A stretch of DNA of 64,000 bases from Nemertoderma westbladi (taxonomy: Eukaryota; Animalia; Xenacoelomorpha), in NCBI GenBank assembly GCA_032718475.1, contig JAUCBJ010008780.1:1-64000 (forward strand), read 5' to 3'. The notes under the pieces are model-generated. The model did not search any database. It saw only the letters and a program-made list of their open reading frames with translations, and was not told where the DNA came from. The position numbers were made by a program, and so were the translations under genes. Position 1 is the stretch's first letter. Each line of letters begins with the position of its first letter. This document shows, piece after piece, positions 37,038 to 49,800 of the stretch.

Positions 37038-38656
37038 ATCTGCTATCTGAGTTTATTAATATCAATATGAGTTAATATTTTAGGCAAGCGGGCGTCGCTG
37101 CCTACTAGGCTTTGCCCCCGGACAGTGGGTTTCTCAGCGCCGATGTACCGTTGTCGCAGTGTTTACGCCAACATGTAGCAACAGCACGACAACGATAACC
37201 GGCACAAGTCCCACCACTGTCCGTCCCAAAGGCTTGAATCCACTTGAGGTTATCTCGGTAGAGTTAGGGCTACTTTACAATTGCGATTAGCTACTGTAAA
37301 CACACTTTAGTAGTAACATTCACCTATAAACGCACAAATTCCATACAATCATTACTTACTGCACACATGCATGCCATTTGTCCGTTAGTCAGTGTCTTCC
37401 AGAATGTCACGTTATTACTGTGTATCCTTGGATACTAATAGTGCGCTATGTATACTCTTATGTTACGCAATGGGGCAAGCTTTTTATTGTTCCTTTAACT
37501 TGCTTCTAATTCTAGCATGGGTGTTGCCATGGTGACATTATGGAAAACTAGCGGTAGAATTAGGGTAATTCTCATGCATACAGATCTGGGATGTTATTTT
37601 AGTAATTCTTTAATTGTCAATATCCTCTTTATGCATGATTTTATAAATTTTATCGGCTATTGACTGTATGTTGGAGATTCTCGCACTCTAGTACACTCAA
37701 TATAAATCTCCGCTCCCATGATCTATTAATTACTGGAATTTTGGGAATGTTATAAATTGCACAAAATGACAATTTATGAAATTCATTTGAATATGAATTT
37801 AAATTTATTCCCGTGAATTTTATTATTTGATGTTAAATTGACACAAATTTTATTCCAGAGCATATCTGGGGACTTAGGATCCTTAATTCTATAAAATAGT
37901 CCTTCTAAGAATATCGGTAAATACTGCGATATCTTAATTGACTAGAAATTTTAAAGGATCAGGATTTTACAGATTTTAATAAATATTAAATTAATATTTA
38001 GGATGAGCACCGATTTATTCCAGAACTTGTCTGGGGACGTTAACCACTGATTCTAGAATTTGTCTTTCAAGTATATCGGTGGGTGCCACGATATCTTAAT
38101 CGACTAGAATTACAGATGGTCAAAAAGTTTAACAGATTTATTTGCGATTTACGCTACTGTTAGAGGGACATCACGCTACTATATGTATTATTTGTTATAA
38201 GGTAGAAGAGCAATATCGCACGAAGCAATGTCAGTGTGAAGAGGCAAGTCGTTTCCAAGGTCTACCCAGAGCTTGGTTTAGCCGAGACACGAGGATCTGA
38301 ACTTTGCATTCCCAATACTCTGCCTACCAATAATACTTGAATATAGTAGTGGCTTTATTGTACTTTAAGAAGTACGGACATTTCATCTTACTGTAGTCAC
38401 GTATTTATAATATGATACGGACAGTAAGGGAAGAGAAAAATAATTATTTCTTGCCGTCGCACTAAATATATTGTAAGTAATTAAATACGTAATAAACACT
38501 AATATATTGCACTAATTTACTAAATATTCTAAAATAACATTCTACTAAATAAAATTAAAGAAAACGATTATAATAAAATTACATAATAATACATACATAA
38601 ATATAAAATAAAAACAAATATAAAATGATATAGTCACACGCCCACTCCACATGCTA

Positions 38657-41600
38657 TCACGTTATGGAGTCCCTAGATATTTGTCGGATTAGGGAAGTAG
38701 TCGTAGGAAGAGTATCTTGCCTTCCATAGTTTTCGGACAGTTTTCGGTCTCTTTCCAGTAAACATAAACGACTAGCTGGGCGATTGAGTTGTTGTGTTAC
38801 TTTCTCCGCTCCCTTGGCCTGTCTAATTTCTGCCGTGGTAAGATGAGGAGGCCATTCTTCTTCTTCTTTACTTAAGGAGTCGGATCCACCTAACCAGCCT
38901 GGAGTATCTATCAGTTCTTGAGGAGTTGCTCCTCTGGAAGCGATGTCGGCTGGATTAATCGTCCCAAGGCAATGTCTCCATTGATCTACATTGGAGTTAA
39001 TATCGTCATTATCTGAGGAGTATGGTGTTCCCTCAGTTGGATCGTCCACATCACTGCTCTCCACTTCCCATTCCTTTACTTGGTATACCTGTTGTTGAGG
39101 TAATCTCTCTTTGAGAGTTCTACGGGAAGGGCCAGTGAAGTACCAACCTACTCTAGTTCTTACCGCATAAGTTTGTAATGGCTGTGGTTGAGCAGGCCGT
39201 TTCTCTAATGTTTCGAGCGCCTCGTGCGCGTTTTGGCCGATGAGTATTTGCACTCCAGGATAATCTGTCTGGAATCGAGGTATCTTAAGATGTTGGATGC
39301 TCTCATCTTCGTCCCAATTATAAAGGTCTGCTTGAGTAGTAGCAAAGTTCTTTATAGCCACCATTTTTACTGACCTTATACCTTGTGTTCCTAACTTATC
39401 CTGGGGGGTGGACAACACACCTACATAGTAATCTGCCGTTAGGGTAGATTTCCAAACCTGCATAATTCCTGACATATTCAATTTAGTCCGGAACTTGGGT
39501 TGTCCAGCAAAGATATCTTCGGCTAGTTCTTGATCGATGAATGTTCCTGTGCTGCCGGAGTCAAGTAGGGCGTTCACTATGTAACTCTTGTTGAGACCAT
39601 GAACTCGAACTTGCACTACAGGAAATTCTCTTATTCCTATGTTGGAAGTTGGAACTTTCCAAGATGGTTGTTTGTCAAAAGGAGTTGGAGTAAACTCGTC
39701 AGTGTCCTTTTCATCCGTAAGTGCTCGATACACTGTGGTATTTATTAGATAACAGGATTCGTTGGCATCGGAGAATTCGTCTGTATAGAATCCTTCCCAC
39801 TCAGAACCTTGGTCAGTGTCGTTCACATCACTGAATTGGACATGTAGTTCGGGCTCACTTACCTGACTCGGGTTGTCTCGTTCGAACTCACTGTGTAACA
39901 AGATGTGATGTTTCGCGCCACACTTTGCACACTTTACGTCGGAGTAACAGGTTCGCCGTTGGTGTCCTGATCTGAGGCAATTATAGCATAACCGCTTATT
40001 CCACAGGACTGTACGTCTGTCTACAGGTGATTTCTTTAGAAATTCAGCACACGCACTCAAACGGTGGGGCCCGTCGCACAGCGCACATTTTGGTTTGATG
40101 TTACTCACCTTAACTTGGTTAACGTTCTGCACTCTCGTTCTTTCTTCGGGCTTTCTTCCGTGAATTCTCTTAGGAGACGTAGGAGGAGTTGTTGTTACCT
40201 GTTCTCTCCTGTCACTGGTTCGAGACTTGTATTTACTTATGTCTTTATAGGTCTTGTTGTCATAGTAAGATTTTGCTGTGTCTTTCCCGCTGTCCTCTTC
40301 TTGAGAAGCTTGGCTTTCGCCGTCGTCAGTATAACACACTGGTATTATCCTTCTCCTAGAAACGGGTTTCTCACTTACCTTATTTTCCGATGTTTTCTCT
40401 CTGGACTGCCTTATGAGTTGTAATTTTACTTCACTATCTAAGAAGGACATGAGATCAGCCATGGTAGGACTTCGTCGTTGTTGTTCATTCATGTACAACA
40501 CTTTCTTGTCCCAGCGCGTACATACTCCACCCTTTGGTAAAGTAGAGACTACGGCTCCAATGACCATGGAACTCTGATATTCATGCGACTTACCTAACCA
40601 GTCCAGTTGTCTACAGATCTCTTGAATTTCATCGGAAAACTCTATAATCCCGCTACTAAGGAAGTGTCGGGGGGCTACTAATTTTGCATACAAATACTTA
40701 GCTATGTTATCCTTGTTACCATACCTGATGTTTAGTGTATCCCAAACTTGTCTTAATCCATCTGGATGTCCAATAAACTTTAACGCCATTAACTTGGGAG
40801 GTCCTTCCAAGCACTTGATGAGGAATCTAAGTTTCTCTCCGTTAGATAGTACAGAGTTCTGTATGCTATCTTTGTAATATTCGTTGAAAGGTAACCATTT
40901 CATCTCATCTCCATTGAATTTGACGATCTCTCCCACTTTGACCGCTTGGCGGGCTTCTGTTCTAGCCATCTGACGCGTAAAGCTTTCTTGGGCCATCGTG
41001 TTATTTAATATCGAATTATCGGTATATAAATTTCTCGGATCATTATCAAGTCTATAGGGAATATCATTAATAACAGGTCTATAATCACCCTTAATAGGGT
41101 TTGCTATAGGAGTTTCAACTTCACTAGCAGTGTAGATGCGTTTAGGCTCCACACCTTGCGCATGTAGTACTTCAGACCTAACAGGTTGACACAAAGTTAC
41201 AGGGGGTATTGGTATGCCCTTTTGTATATTGACTAATTTGTCGCGTTCTAGCGCGATACTTTGCTGCACTTCTTGCAACTCTGCTCTACTTTCCCTCACT
41301 GTTCCCTTATGTTGGTGGACAGTCTCCTGCATCTGTCCCAGCAGGAGATTCATCCCACGCCGTCCCTCTTCCACCCACTCAACCGCCGAAGCGGGAGTCG
41401 CCAACATAGTAGCGGGCTGACGCGGGACGACGGGAGACAAATTTTTAATTTCTCTCTCTGCTATCTGGACAGGGATATTCTCTTGGACTGTTCCACCGGG
41501 TACAGGCAGTGTAGTACTATGTAAAGGGAATTTTGAGTTAAGCTCTGGAAGTACAGGGGTCTCTAACACAGAAGTGACTTTGGGAACGACAGGCCTAATT

Positions 41601-43345
41601 ATCTCAGGCTCATCAACTATCGTAGAGAGTCTTTGGACCTTAATACTTTGGGCCGTAGGTTCTATACTACTCAAGTCTGTGCTAGCTAGCTGTCTTCTAA
41701 CAGCTGGGGGCAAATCAGGCAATTTGCGACGGTAAGATGTTTTTCTACGCCTACTTAGATGAGATCTATTTCCTCCGCCTTCAGGATCGGTAGTGTCGCC
41801 TTCCTCCGAGGATGTGTATCCCTGGCGCTTGGGAGTAGATTTTCTCATCATCTGCATCTGATTAGCAGTAAACTGTTTATTTATACTGTCTTGCGTCTCT
41901 TGCAGATTTTCCAACTCTAGTTGGATAGTCTCCTCAGACGCTCTCCGTTCTGCTTCTGCCACTGTTGCCTTTCTTTCGGCTTCCGCCGCTTTTCTTTCTG
42001 CTTCTGCTTCTGCTGCTTTTCTTTCGGCTTCTGCTTCTGCCGCTTTTGCCTTTCTTTCGGCTTCTGCTTCTGCCGCTTTTGCCTTTCTTTCGGCTTCTGC
42101 TTCTGCTGCTTTTCTTTCGGCTTCTGCTTCTTTTCTTTCTGCTTCTGCTTCCGCCGCCGCTGCTGCTGCTACCTTTCTTCTCTCTATCAGTTCTTTCTTT
42201 ACTTGTTCTTCTCGGACTCTAGTGAGGCGGAGTTTTTCATCACATTCAGCTTGGTTTGCAGCTAACATTTCGGCATCGATTGAGTCCAACACAAGCTTGG
42301 TTCCTTCACTATTAGGGGAAAGTCCAGACAGCCGTCTCCTCAACTCTTCGTCTCCTAGGAATCGCTGATAGTCGGACAAATAAATGTCGATAGCGTCTCT
42401 AGTTCGCGGTTTCTCGGCGGTCTCTTCGCTTTCCGCTTGAGAAAGGGTGACATCAGTTTGTTCTTTACAGGTTGATCTCTCAGCCAGCTGGGATTTCCAC
42501 TGGGCCGTTTCCTGTACTTTGAGATCTACCCGATGTAACCAAGTTTTGACAGCAACCTGCAGCGACGTGTCCTGTCTTCTTTTGGAAGTTTCCTCAAAGG
42601 CTGAGAGGATTAGTCGTATGCATAGGGTTCTTTCGCGTATTTGATATAGCAGCTCTTCCTGCTCTTGAGGTCCTTGAGGTTGTCGAAACAGTTGTTCTTC
42701 CAATCGATCCAAGGAGCCGAAGAATCCCTGCACATATCCTGCTGCCGACCTCTTCCAAACAGCTGGATCCATAGTATCTTTAGCCACTCCCATCCTGTGT
42801 ATATCTTCCCAAGTAGCCTCGGACAGATCCAACGGGAGTCCGAGTCCGGGAAAGTTCCATTGTGATTCAACAATAGACATCAATTCTTCCCTGGCGTATC
42901 CCGCATAATTATCTTGGGTCGCTCGCTTATTTCTCGCCCAGTCGGCTTGATGTTCCTCCACCGCAATATATATAGTAGTTAGCACTGCAGCAGGAAGGGT
43001 AAGAAGGGGGTCCGAGTATACTGTAGCAGCCATCTGCACTCCGCGTTCGGGGGTCAGCTCTACAGTATCCGAACTGCTGGAGCTATCAGGTCGCTGGGAA
43101 GTAGGTTCTTGACCAAGATGTTGCTGCGATAGGACAGCTGCCTCTTGGTTCCGTTTGACCTGTGCCCGAGTGCCTATGATGGACCTATGGTGGATTAGCC
43201 TAGGGTCTGATACTACTGGAGGGATGACCTTTTTTGCAGTAGGAGGTGAGCTGAACTCCTTTCTTATTCGCTCCACACTCCTATCTGAGTCACAGATAGT
43301 TGTATCGATCAGACTGTCTGACAGGTTTTGCTGAGTGTCAGACAT
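38657..43345 (-). CDS. E2 Gag-protease ORF (1562 aa) fused in frame to short RNase H and integrase-tail remnants
   Basis: Uninterrupted ORF with an AEAERKA coiled coil, DUF1759-like domain, three knuckles and LLDSGS; junctions DNDD|..DQWRHC and GAEKV|TQQLNRP delete RT, most of RNase H and integrase. Confidence 0.9.
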   Translation of the reverse strand: MSDTQQNLSDSLIDTTICDSDRSVERIRKEFSSPPTAKKVIPPVVSDPRLIHHRSIIGTRAQVKRNQEAAVLSQQHLGQEPTSQRPDSSSSSDTVELTPERGVQMAATVYSDPLLTLPAAVLTTIYIAVEEHQADWARNKRATQDNYAGYAREELMSIVESQWNFPGLGLPLDLSEATWEDIHRMGVAKDTMDPAVWKRSAAGYVQGFFGSLDRLEEQLFRQPQGPQEQEELLYQIRERTLCIRLILSAFEETSKRRQDTSLQVAVKTWLHRVDLKVQETAQWKSQLAERSTCKEQTDVTLSQAESEETAEKPRTRDAIDIYLSDYQRFLGDEELRRRLSGLSPNSEGTKLVLDSIDAEMLAANQAECDEKLRLTRVREEQVKKELIERRKVAAAAAAEAEAERKEAEAERKAAEAEAERKAKAAEAEAERKAKAAEAEAERKAAEAEAERKAAEAERKATVAEAERRASEETIQLELENLQETQDSINKQFTANQMQMMRKSTPKRQGYTSSEEGDTTDPEGGGNRSHLSRRRKTSYRRKLPDLPPAVRRQLASTDLSSIEPTAQSIKVQRLSTIVDEPEIIRPVVPKVTSVLETPVLPELNSKFPLHSTTLPVPGGTVQENIPVQIAEREIKNLSPVVPRQPATMLATPASAVEWVEEGRRGMNLLLGQMQETVHQHKGTVRESRAELQEVQQSIALERDKLVNIQKGIPIPPVTLCQPVRSEVLHAQGVEPKRIYTASEVETPIANPIKGDYRPVINDIPYRLDNDPRNLYTDNSILNNTMAQESFTRQMARTEARQAVKVGEIVKFNGDEMKWLPFNEYYKDSIQNSVLSNGEKLRFLIKCLEGPPKLMALKFIGHPDGLRQVWDTLNIRYGNKDNIAKYLYAKLVAPRHFLSSGIIEFSDEIQEICRQLDWLGKSHEYQSSMVIGAVVSTLPKGGVCTRWDKKVLYMNEQQRRSPTMADLMSFLDSEVKLQLIRQSREKTSENKVSEKPVSRRRIIPVCYTDDGESQASQEEDSGKDTAKSYYDNKTYKDISKYKSRTSDRREQVTTTPPTSPKRIHGRKPEERTRVQNVNQVKVSNIKPKCALCDGPHRLSACAEFLKKSPVDRRTVLWNKRLCYNCLRSGHQRRTCYSDVKCAKCGAKHHILLHSEFERDNPSQVSEPELHVQFSDVNDTDQGSEWEGFYTDEFSDANESCYLINTTVYRALTDEKDTDEFTPTPFDKQPSWKVPTSNIGIREFPVVQVRVHGLNKSYIVNALLDSGSTGTFIDQELAEDIFAGQPKFRTKLNMSGIMQVWKSTLTADYYVGVLSTPQDKLGTQGIRSVKMVAIKNFATTQADLYNWDEDESIQHLKIPRFQTDYPGVQILIGQNAHEALETLEKRPAQPQPLQTYAVRTRVGWYFTGPSRRTLKERLPQQQVYQVKEWEVESSDVDDPTEGTPYSSDNDDINSNVDQWRHCLGTINPADIASRGATPQELIDTPGWLGGSDSLSKEEEEWPPHLTTAEIRQAKGAEKVTQQLNRPASRLCLLERDRKLSENYGRQDTLPTTTSLIRQISRDSIT

Positions 43346-45599
43346 GTTTAGCTATACAGTTGAATGTCTACTACTATAGTTTCAGTTAAAGCAAGTCTGG
43401 TAATTCAGTATGACCGCAAGCCTAGCGATTTATTACCGGTACCGTTACTCAGTGTAACGTGATATATATACAATATATTAGAATACCGGTATGCTTATAA
43501 TATATATAAGTATTATTACAGACTAGATTTGTCACAGAGTACCGGTATATAAGTTTAGCACAAATATATATAAATATATAATAGGCCTATCGTGAATACC
43601 GGTATACAGTTTACACTTATAGTACTGTAGTATATATAAGTATAATTATGAACTAGAATTTATTACAGAGTACCGGTATGATTTTAGCTCAAATTTATAG
43701 AAATAAATATAATAAGCCTATGGTAAGTACCGGTATGTCAATTATTTTTAGAATAATTGAATTCCTGAATATTTTTGGGTTACTTAGCTACTTTAACTTA
43801 CTTTATTACCGTTATTTAAGCAGTAGTCCAACTGATAGTGAGACCTAGTTGTTGTATGACAGGCCTACTATTTATAAATCGTTTGAGTTGATTTATAATA
43901 TTTATATACCCGTTTAAAATGGGTTTTGTCAATATTTGAAATAAATGTTATTATTTCTGGGGGAGTCACTACACAGAAGCTGTGCGCTCTCAGTGAAGTG
44001 CTATTTATTTGACACTAAAACTGATAATTCTAATTTACCTAAGTTACTTAATACTACAAATTACTTACGATACGGGTGAGATTAATTCTCTAATTAAAAC
44101 ACAACAAAATATTACGTACGAAATTTTGTAGGGTAATTTTAAAGGAAGTCTACAAACCAGCCTAACAAAGGGTTAGATTTCTGGTTATTACAACGGACAG
44201 GGTACTACGGTATTTGAATAATAAGTAGTAGTAAATATATTGCACTGTCTAGATAGGAAAATACCACCGCCTGACGACCTATAACCGTATCACTAAAGGT
44301 ACTACGTTATGTATCACGGATTGTTCCTACCCAGAAGCTAATAGAGCTAACGAATGTGCCTATCAACCACTTTACAACACAAATATACTGCCTACACTAA
44401 TTACTTCGGAAAGCACTGTACACTAAACCCTAAATTAGGTACAAGTACCGGTATAACAAATAATCAGTAGTTAAATATACTTGAACAGTTAAAAGAACCA
44501 CGGCATCTGCTGGAGTGACCAGGGCACAAAGTCACCAGTCTTGTCCTACGCCAAGCAGCCCGTGTAGTACCGGGGTTAATTTAACTATAACAGTATGTAT
44601 AACAAACACAATTACTGTAGGGATAAACTTGGGGACATGAATGTTGCGAATAATCGCATAAACTCTGAACAATAAATATTACGCTACCCGCACAGAATAC
44701 TCAAACGAAATACAAACCAAACGCTGGCAGACTACTATCAAGCCTAAACAAACTACAGTATGTGCAGATTCTGAGACTGTTAGTTAGTATGCGTTCTAAC
44801 ACGGTAGTACGACTTATTCTTTAAGAGGGGATTGACCTTACAGCATATGGCTGCCCCAACTTACTAACGGCACTTTATCAGACCAACTCTACACACGCAG
44901 CAATCCCTTCAGACCTAAGAATAGCTAGACAACAATCCAGCCTACAAAATATTTGAGTAATAACTATTACGGTACCTGAACAGACCACACAAACAAACAC
45001 AGGCTAAAACACTGGCAGACTACGATCAAGCCTAAATAAACTACAGAGTATATGCAGATTCTGAAACTGTTAGTTAGTATGCGTTCTAACACGGTAGTAC
45101 GACTTATTCTTTAAGAGGGGATTGACCTTACAGCATATGGCTGCCCCAACTTACTAACGGCACTTTATCAGACAAACTCTACACACGCCGCAATCTCTCC
45201 AAACTCAACAACAGTCAGACAGCAACTCAGCCTACAGTTATCTGAACAATCTGAGCAGACTTACACGTCTTCAGCTCAATATTAACTTACTAGGAAATAA
45301 AACCGACAGAAATAAGTAAGCTCCAAAAGAAACAAGGGGTGTACAGTCCCTAATCTCTTAAACAGCCTACCGGTATACAATAATCAAAATCGAATAATAC
45401 TAAATGTACTTATAGAGCAGTACCGGTTAGGACAGTTGGGCCTACAGACCTACAGAAGTACCGGTTCTGGCAGTTGGACCTACGGACCTACAGCAGTACC
45501 GGTTCTGGCAGTTGGGCCTACTGACCTACAGAAGTACCGGTTCAGGTTTACCGGTCACTACGGTATTTTGCAACCTTATTGCCTACTGCAATAAGATCG

Positions 45600-45610
45600 A
45601 TAACTGTTAC
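45600..45610 (-). promoter_or_regulatory. E2 non-tRNA primer-binding-site position GTAACAGTTAT, complementary to LTR 46364-46374
   Basis: Abuts the 5' LTR end at 45611; exact complement of sense-strand ATAACTGTTAC within the LTR. Confidence 0.75.
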
Positions 45611-46821
45611 TGTTCGCGCTTTTGAAGACCTTTAGCAGTTTAACCTGCCAAAATTTATATGTCTTTTAGTTAATTAAAACACCTTTAGCATACGACAATA
45701 TTTTATGCTAATAAACAAAACATTAGCCGAAGTCAGCCCATGCGCGATCATTCACCCGATGGATCTACACCCGGGAGGCTGAATTCGGATGCTTAAATTA
45801 TATTATTGCAGTGTAAGGTTGCAGTGTGAACCTACTGTATTATTCGATAGATCGTTAATAATTAATCTCTGACAGATATTATTGGCTTTCGGGAAATATT
45901 AACAGTTCCTTTAGGACGTGGCGCTCTATCTATTTAAACAGAACTAGGACTTATACTAAACGCAACGATACCGCTTATGATTAAAGTATAAGGCGTATTC
46001 TTTAGGAAATACTTTGTTACCAATCACAATCATGTACACTATTCTGCCGACCGTCAGTATATTTGACCACACATAAAGAGAGCAGCAATTGACTCATGTA
46101 GGGTCTGCTAAATAACATTAGATTCAATACACACCACATTAATATAAATCGCAATTGTTATGTATAGCCTGTCTCTCTAACCTGTAGTGTATCAAGAAAA
46201 TTGGGAATTTTGGGTGATTTATCCGTATTCTTCAAAGAGCAATAATTCATCAACAAATAGATACAATTAACAACTGACGGTAAATAACAGTACAAACAAT
46301 ATGATTAGTGCAGTTAAATTAAATGATTGAGACTCGTTAAATTCGTTAGTTAAGTGAGTTAAGGTAACAGTTATACTTTCGGTAATTTAAGCAGTTTTAC
46401 TAAAGTTCTTCCCAAAAGCCGGTGTTATGGCGAAAAATGGGAACACAACAACAGAATCATATAAAATCATATGACTACTTGACTATACGAGGATACCAAC
46501 TACCCTTATTCCCCGAGGCTCCCGTCCAACACAGAGGATGAGCATACAGATAGGAAATTCAGTTCAGTAGCTCTGGGATAGGTCAAAATCAACGCCCACT
46601 CAAATTCTATTGGCCGATACGGACAGCAAGGCTAAGGCAACCTCCCTAAGCTGGTTGGCCGCCGATCGAACAGAACCCAGATACTCTCGTACAGCCCATC
46701 AGCCAATAAGCTGGTAGCTTGCACTATTTTACCTATAGCTCCCTTTTAGAGTATTCTAGCGACCGGGGGGGAACTGGCCAGCAAAGGCAAACTTATCAGT
46801 TATCCCACAAAAGCTTTTACA
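45611..46821 (-). repeat. E2 5' LTR
   Basis: Near-identical to 32677-33887. Confidence 0.95.
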
Positions 46822-46826
46822 CTAAT

Positions 46827-49800
46827 TCTAATCCCAGCAGACAAGAACAAGGTAAAGCCCAATCTGGCGCACGAGTACGCATATCGGAGGCAACAATACC
46901 ATAAAGGCCTCAGGTAAGAACACCCATTCCTACGATCCATAATCCCAATATTTTGCATTCGGTCGAAAGATTTACAGAGGAAGCTTGGATTAGAGCTTCA
47001 ACGCGTAAACCAATACGAGCGCCGAGAAACGACACTGACTCGAGTGAAGAAGAGGAAGATTTGAGGCGTCAGAAGTCCCAAAACTGGAAGGAAAGAAGGA
47101 CTAACGCGGAACAAGTAAGTATGAACCCTCGGGAAGGGACCAGTCTTAACAATCCTGCAGAGTTGACCAACTTGATGCCCCGAAATAAAGATACCCTCAG
47201 GGACATTGGTAAGTTTGCTGCCAGGCAGGGTTTGCCGGCACAACAACCCCAGAAGTTTATGGGCAACAACAAACATTGGAGGACGTTTAAGATGTATGTC
47301 GACAAGCAGTTGACGAATAGTACCTTTACTCCCAATGAGAAATTCAATTACCTATTACAAATGCTCCATAGAGAACCGAGAGCCATTGCCGATACCTTCG
47401 TCGGCAATGAAAGAGCATTCGAACTAGCAATGAAGACACTTAGCGACATTTATGGGAATAAAACCAAAATGGCGCAGTCGATAGTTGAAGATTTGGGTAA
47501 GGGCGGAAAAATTATGACCCCTTTGGAGCTGTTGAACTTAGCCAACGCCATCTCGAACGCTTTGGATATTTTAAAGACGGTGAATCTACCTCATCATGGT
47601 GATCATGCGGAAGTCTTGAAGAGTATAATAAGACGCCTAAAAATGCGTTGTAGACAAAAGTGGCAAAAACTAGAAAATAAACTGGAGGGTCAGGACAATG
47701 TGTTGACTCTCAGACTTATTCATGATATGATAGCCACAGACGCGGTAGCAGAGATGAAGTCGAATTTTTCAGAAGAAAACATGAGAGAGACCAAGCCTGT
47801 TATCGGAAGGTCAATGGTGAGGTTTGATGAGGACAAATCAACTGTAACGTTTAACTCAATAGACAAATACAATCCAAGTCCAAGTAGCTTCATCCTAGGG
47901 TCAGATAGACCCAGGACAAAGCAACAGGAGTTGCCGGACGGTTTTGTAGGTTGTCAATTCTGCCTACTAAAGGAGGTAAGATCAGATGACCATAAGTTAG
48001 AGAGCTGTAGACGCTTCAAGGAGCTGACTTCAGAACAGAGGAGGGTTCAAGTGCGGTCATTAGACACCTGTTGGGCATGCCTTGCCCCAGCTCATGTACG
48101 GCGCCAGTGCCCAAACAGTAAAGACGGACGTGTGGAGTGTGGCAGATTACATCACAAGCTGCTACATGCGGATTTCCATGCTCCAACAGACCGTTATTTA
48201 CAGTGGAATCCTCAAAGGAAGGGAAGCTTAATACCCGCAACAATAAGGAAGAATACCTACGCCGGCATCCTAGACAATGGATATCAACCAGGTTCATCGG
48301 ATGAGGACGGTGAAGCGAGCGCGAGGGAGGTAACTTGCGAGGGATTTACCATCGATAGCTTGTCAACCAGCGCGAGGACGTATTTATCATCGGCCACGTC
48401 AGAAATATTCAGCATGATACCGGTGAAACTTACTGGAGACAAAGGGTTGAAAAGAATATATGTAATGTTGGACACCTCTTCCACATTATCATATATAGAC
48501 GAGGAAGTGGCGAGGGCTGTTTCCAGCTTCCAGGATGCTGAGGAGATAAAGATAAGTAAAAATCCATGCACAGGGTAGGAGATGTCAAAGGACATAAGAT
48601 TTCTGTCGAAATAGACTCCCTACTTCCGAGAGAAGAGCACACTCGCCAGGAAAGGAGAGCTTTGCCGCTGGATGGGTTTAAATGTTTGGCTATGAAGGGG
48701 TTCGGAAGGCAGTTAGGTAAGGTGCCACTAATGAGTCCCATAGCACAAGAGTATTTTGACGAGCTCAAAATACCAAGACACCAGATAGGTTATAGAAATG
48801 TGTCTATGTTGATTAGAGAGGAACAGCTAATCACGCACCAAATATGGGAAATGAGACCAGTTGAGCCATATGTAAATGGGCCACACGCCCATAGGACCAT
48901 ACTAGGTTGGTATACACGCATACCCATTCCATACGAGTTTCCAGGTGGCGACAAGCTGAAGGATGGACACGACGATTCGCAGTCTACATCACAGCCATCG
49001 TTAGTAGAACCACCAGATGTTGACGACTTTATGAGAGCCTGTATTGATCACTACAGCGACTTTAGCGAGTCGGAGGTGGAGTTGAGTCCTGATAATGTTA
49101 GATTATTGGAACCGCTCTAATACAACCGAACAGATAGTGAACCCGAGGACTACTGCTATCAGACCCATGGGTCTGGTTCAGTCTCCCACGCCACTTATTT
49201 GAGTAACGTCTTGACATATACCAATATAGTGGAAGGACAGGTGGCGAAATTTCGAGACCTCGACAATTTCCAATTCAACGAAGAGGAGTTGCAAAAGGAA
49301 TTGATGCAGCAAGACCTCGAGACAGGAGCTAGAACCATCGAATGGTTGGACAAAGACGTGATGGAACCTGGTGGATATGACTTAACTATGTCTACAGACT
49401 AGTAAAGATCTCTGGAGATGATGGAGGACACAATATGCCTGTTACCAACAGCACACTTCGAGGTTGGAATGTTGTGGCGTCGGCAACCCCCTAAATTGGA
49501 AAATAACTACAACCTAGCTTTGAAAAGATTAACCGGAGTAAGAGCGCAGTTGTTGAAGAATCAGGATATTAGGGAGAAATATTGCGCCCAAATTAACAAC
49601 TATCTAACCAAGAGATTTGCCAGGAAGGTAGAGAACCCCGACATTGAGACGGACCAGACTTATTATCTCCCGCACCATTATGTAACCCACCCTGATAAAC
49701 CAAACAAGGTACGAGTAGTTAATGACTACGTAGCAGTCTATAAAGGTATGTCTTTAAACTCCGAACTAATGGATGGTCCTAATCTCAACAACTATTTAAT

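Larger units (their letters stand above)
32677..46821 (-). mobile_element. BEL/Pao LTR retrotransposon E2 (non-autonomous deletion derivative related to E1)
   Basis: 1211-bp LTRs at 45611-46821 and 32677-33887 differing at about four positions by eye; TSD CTAAT; same PPT as E1. Confidence 0.95.
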
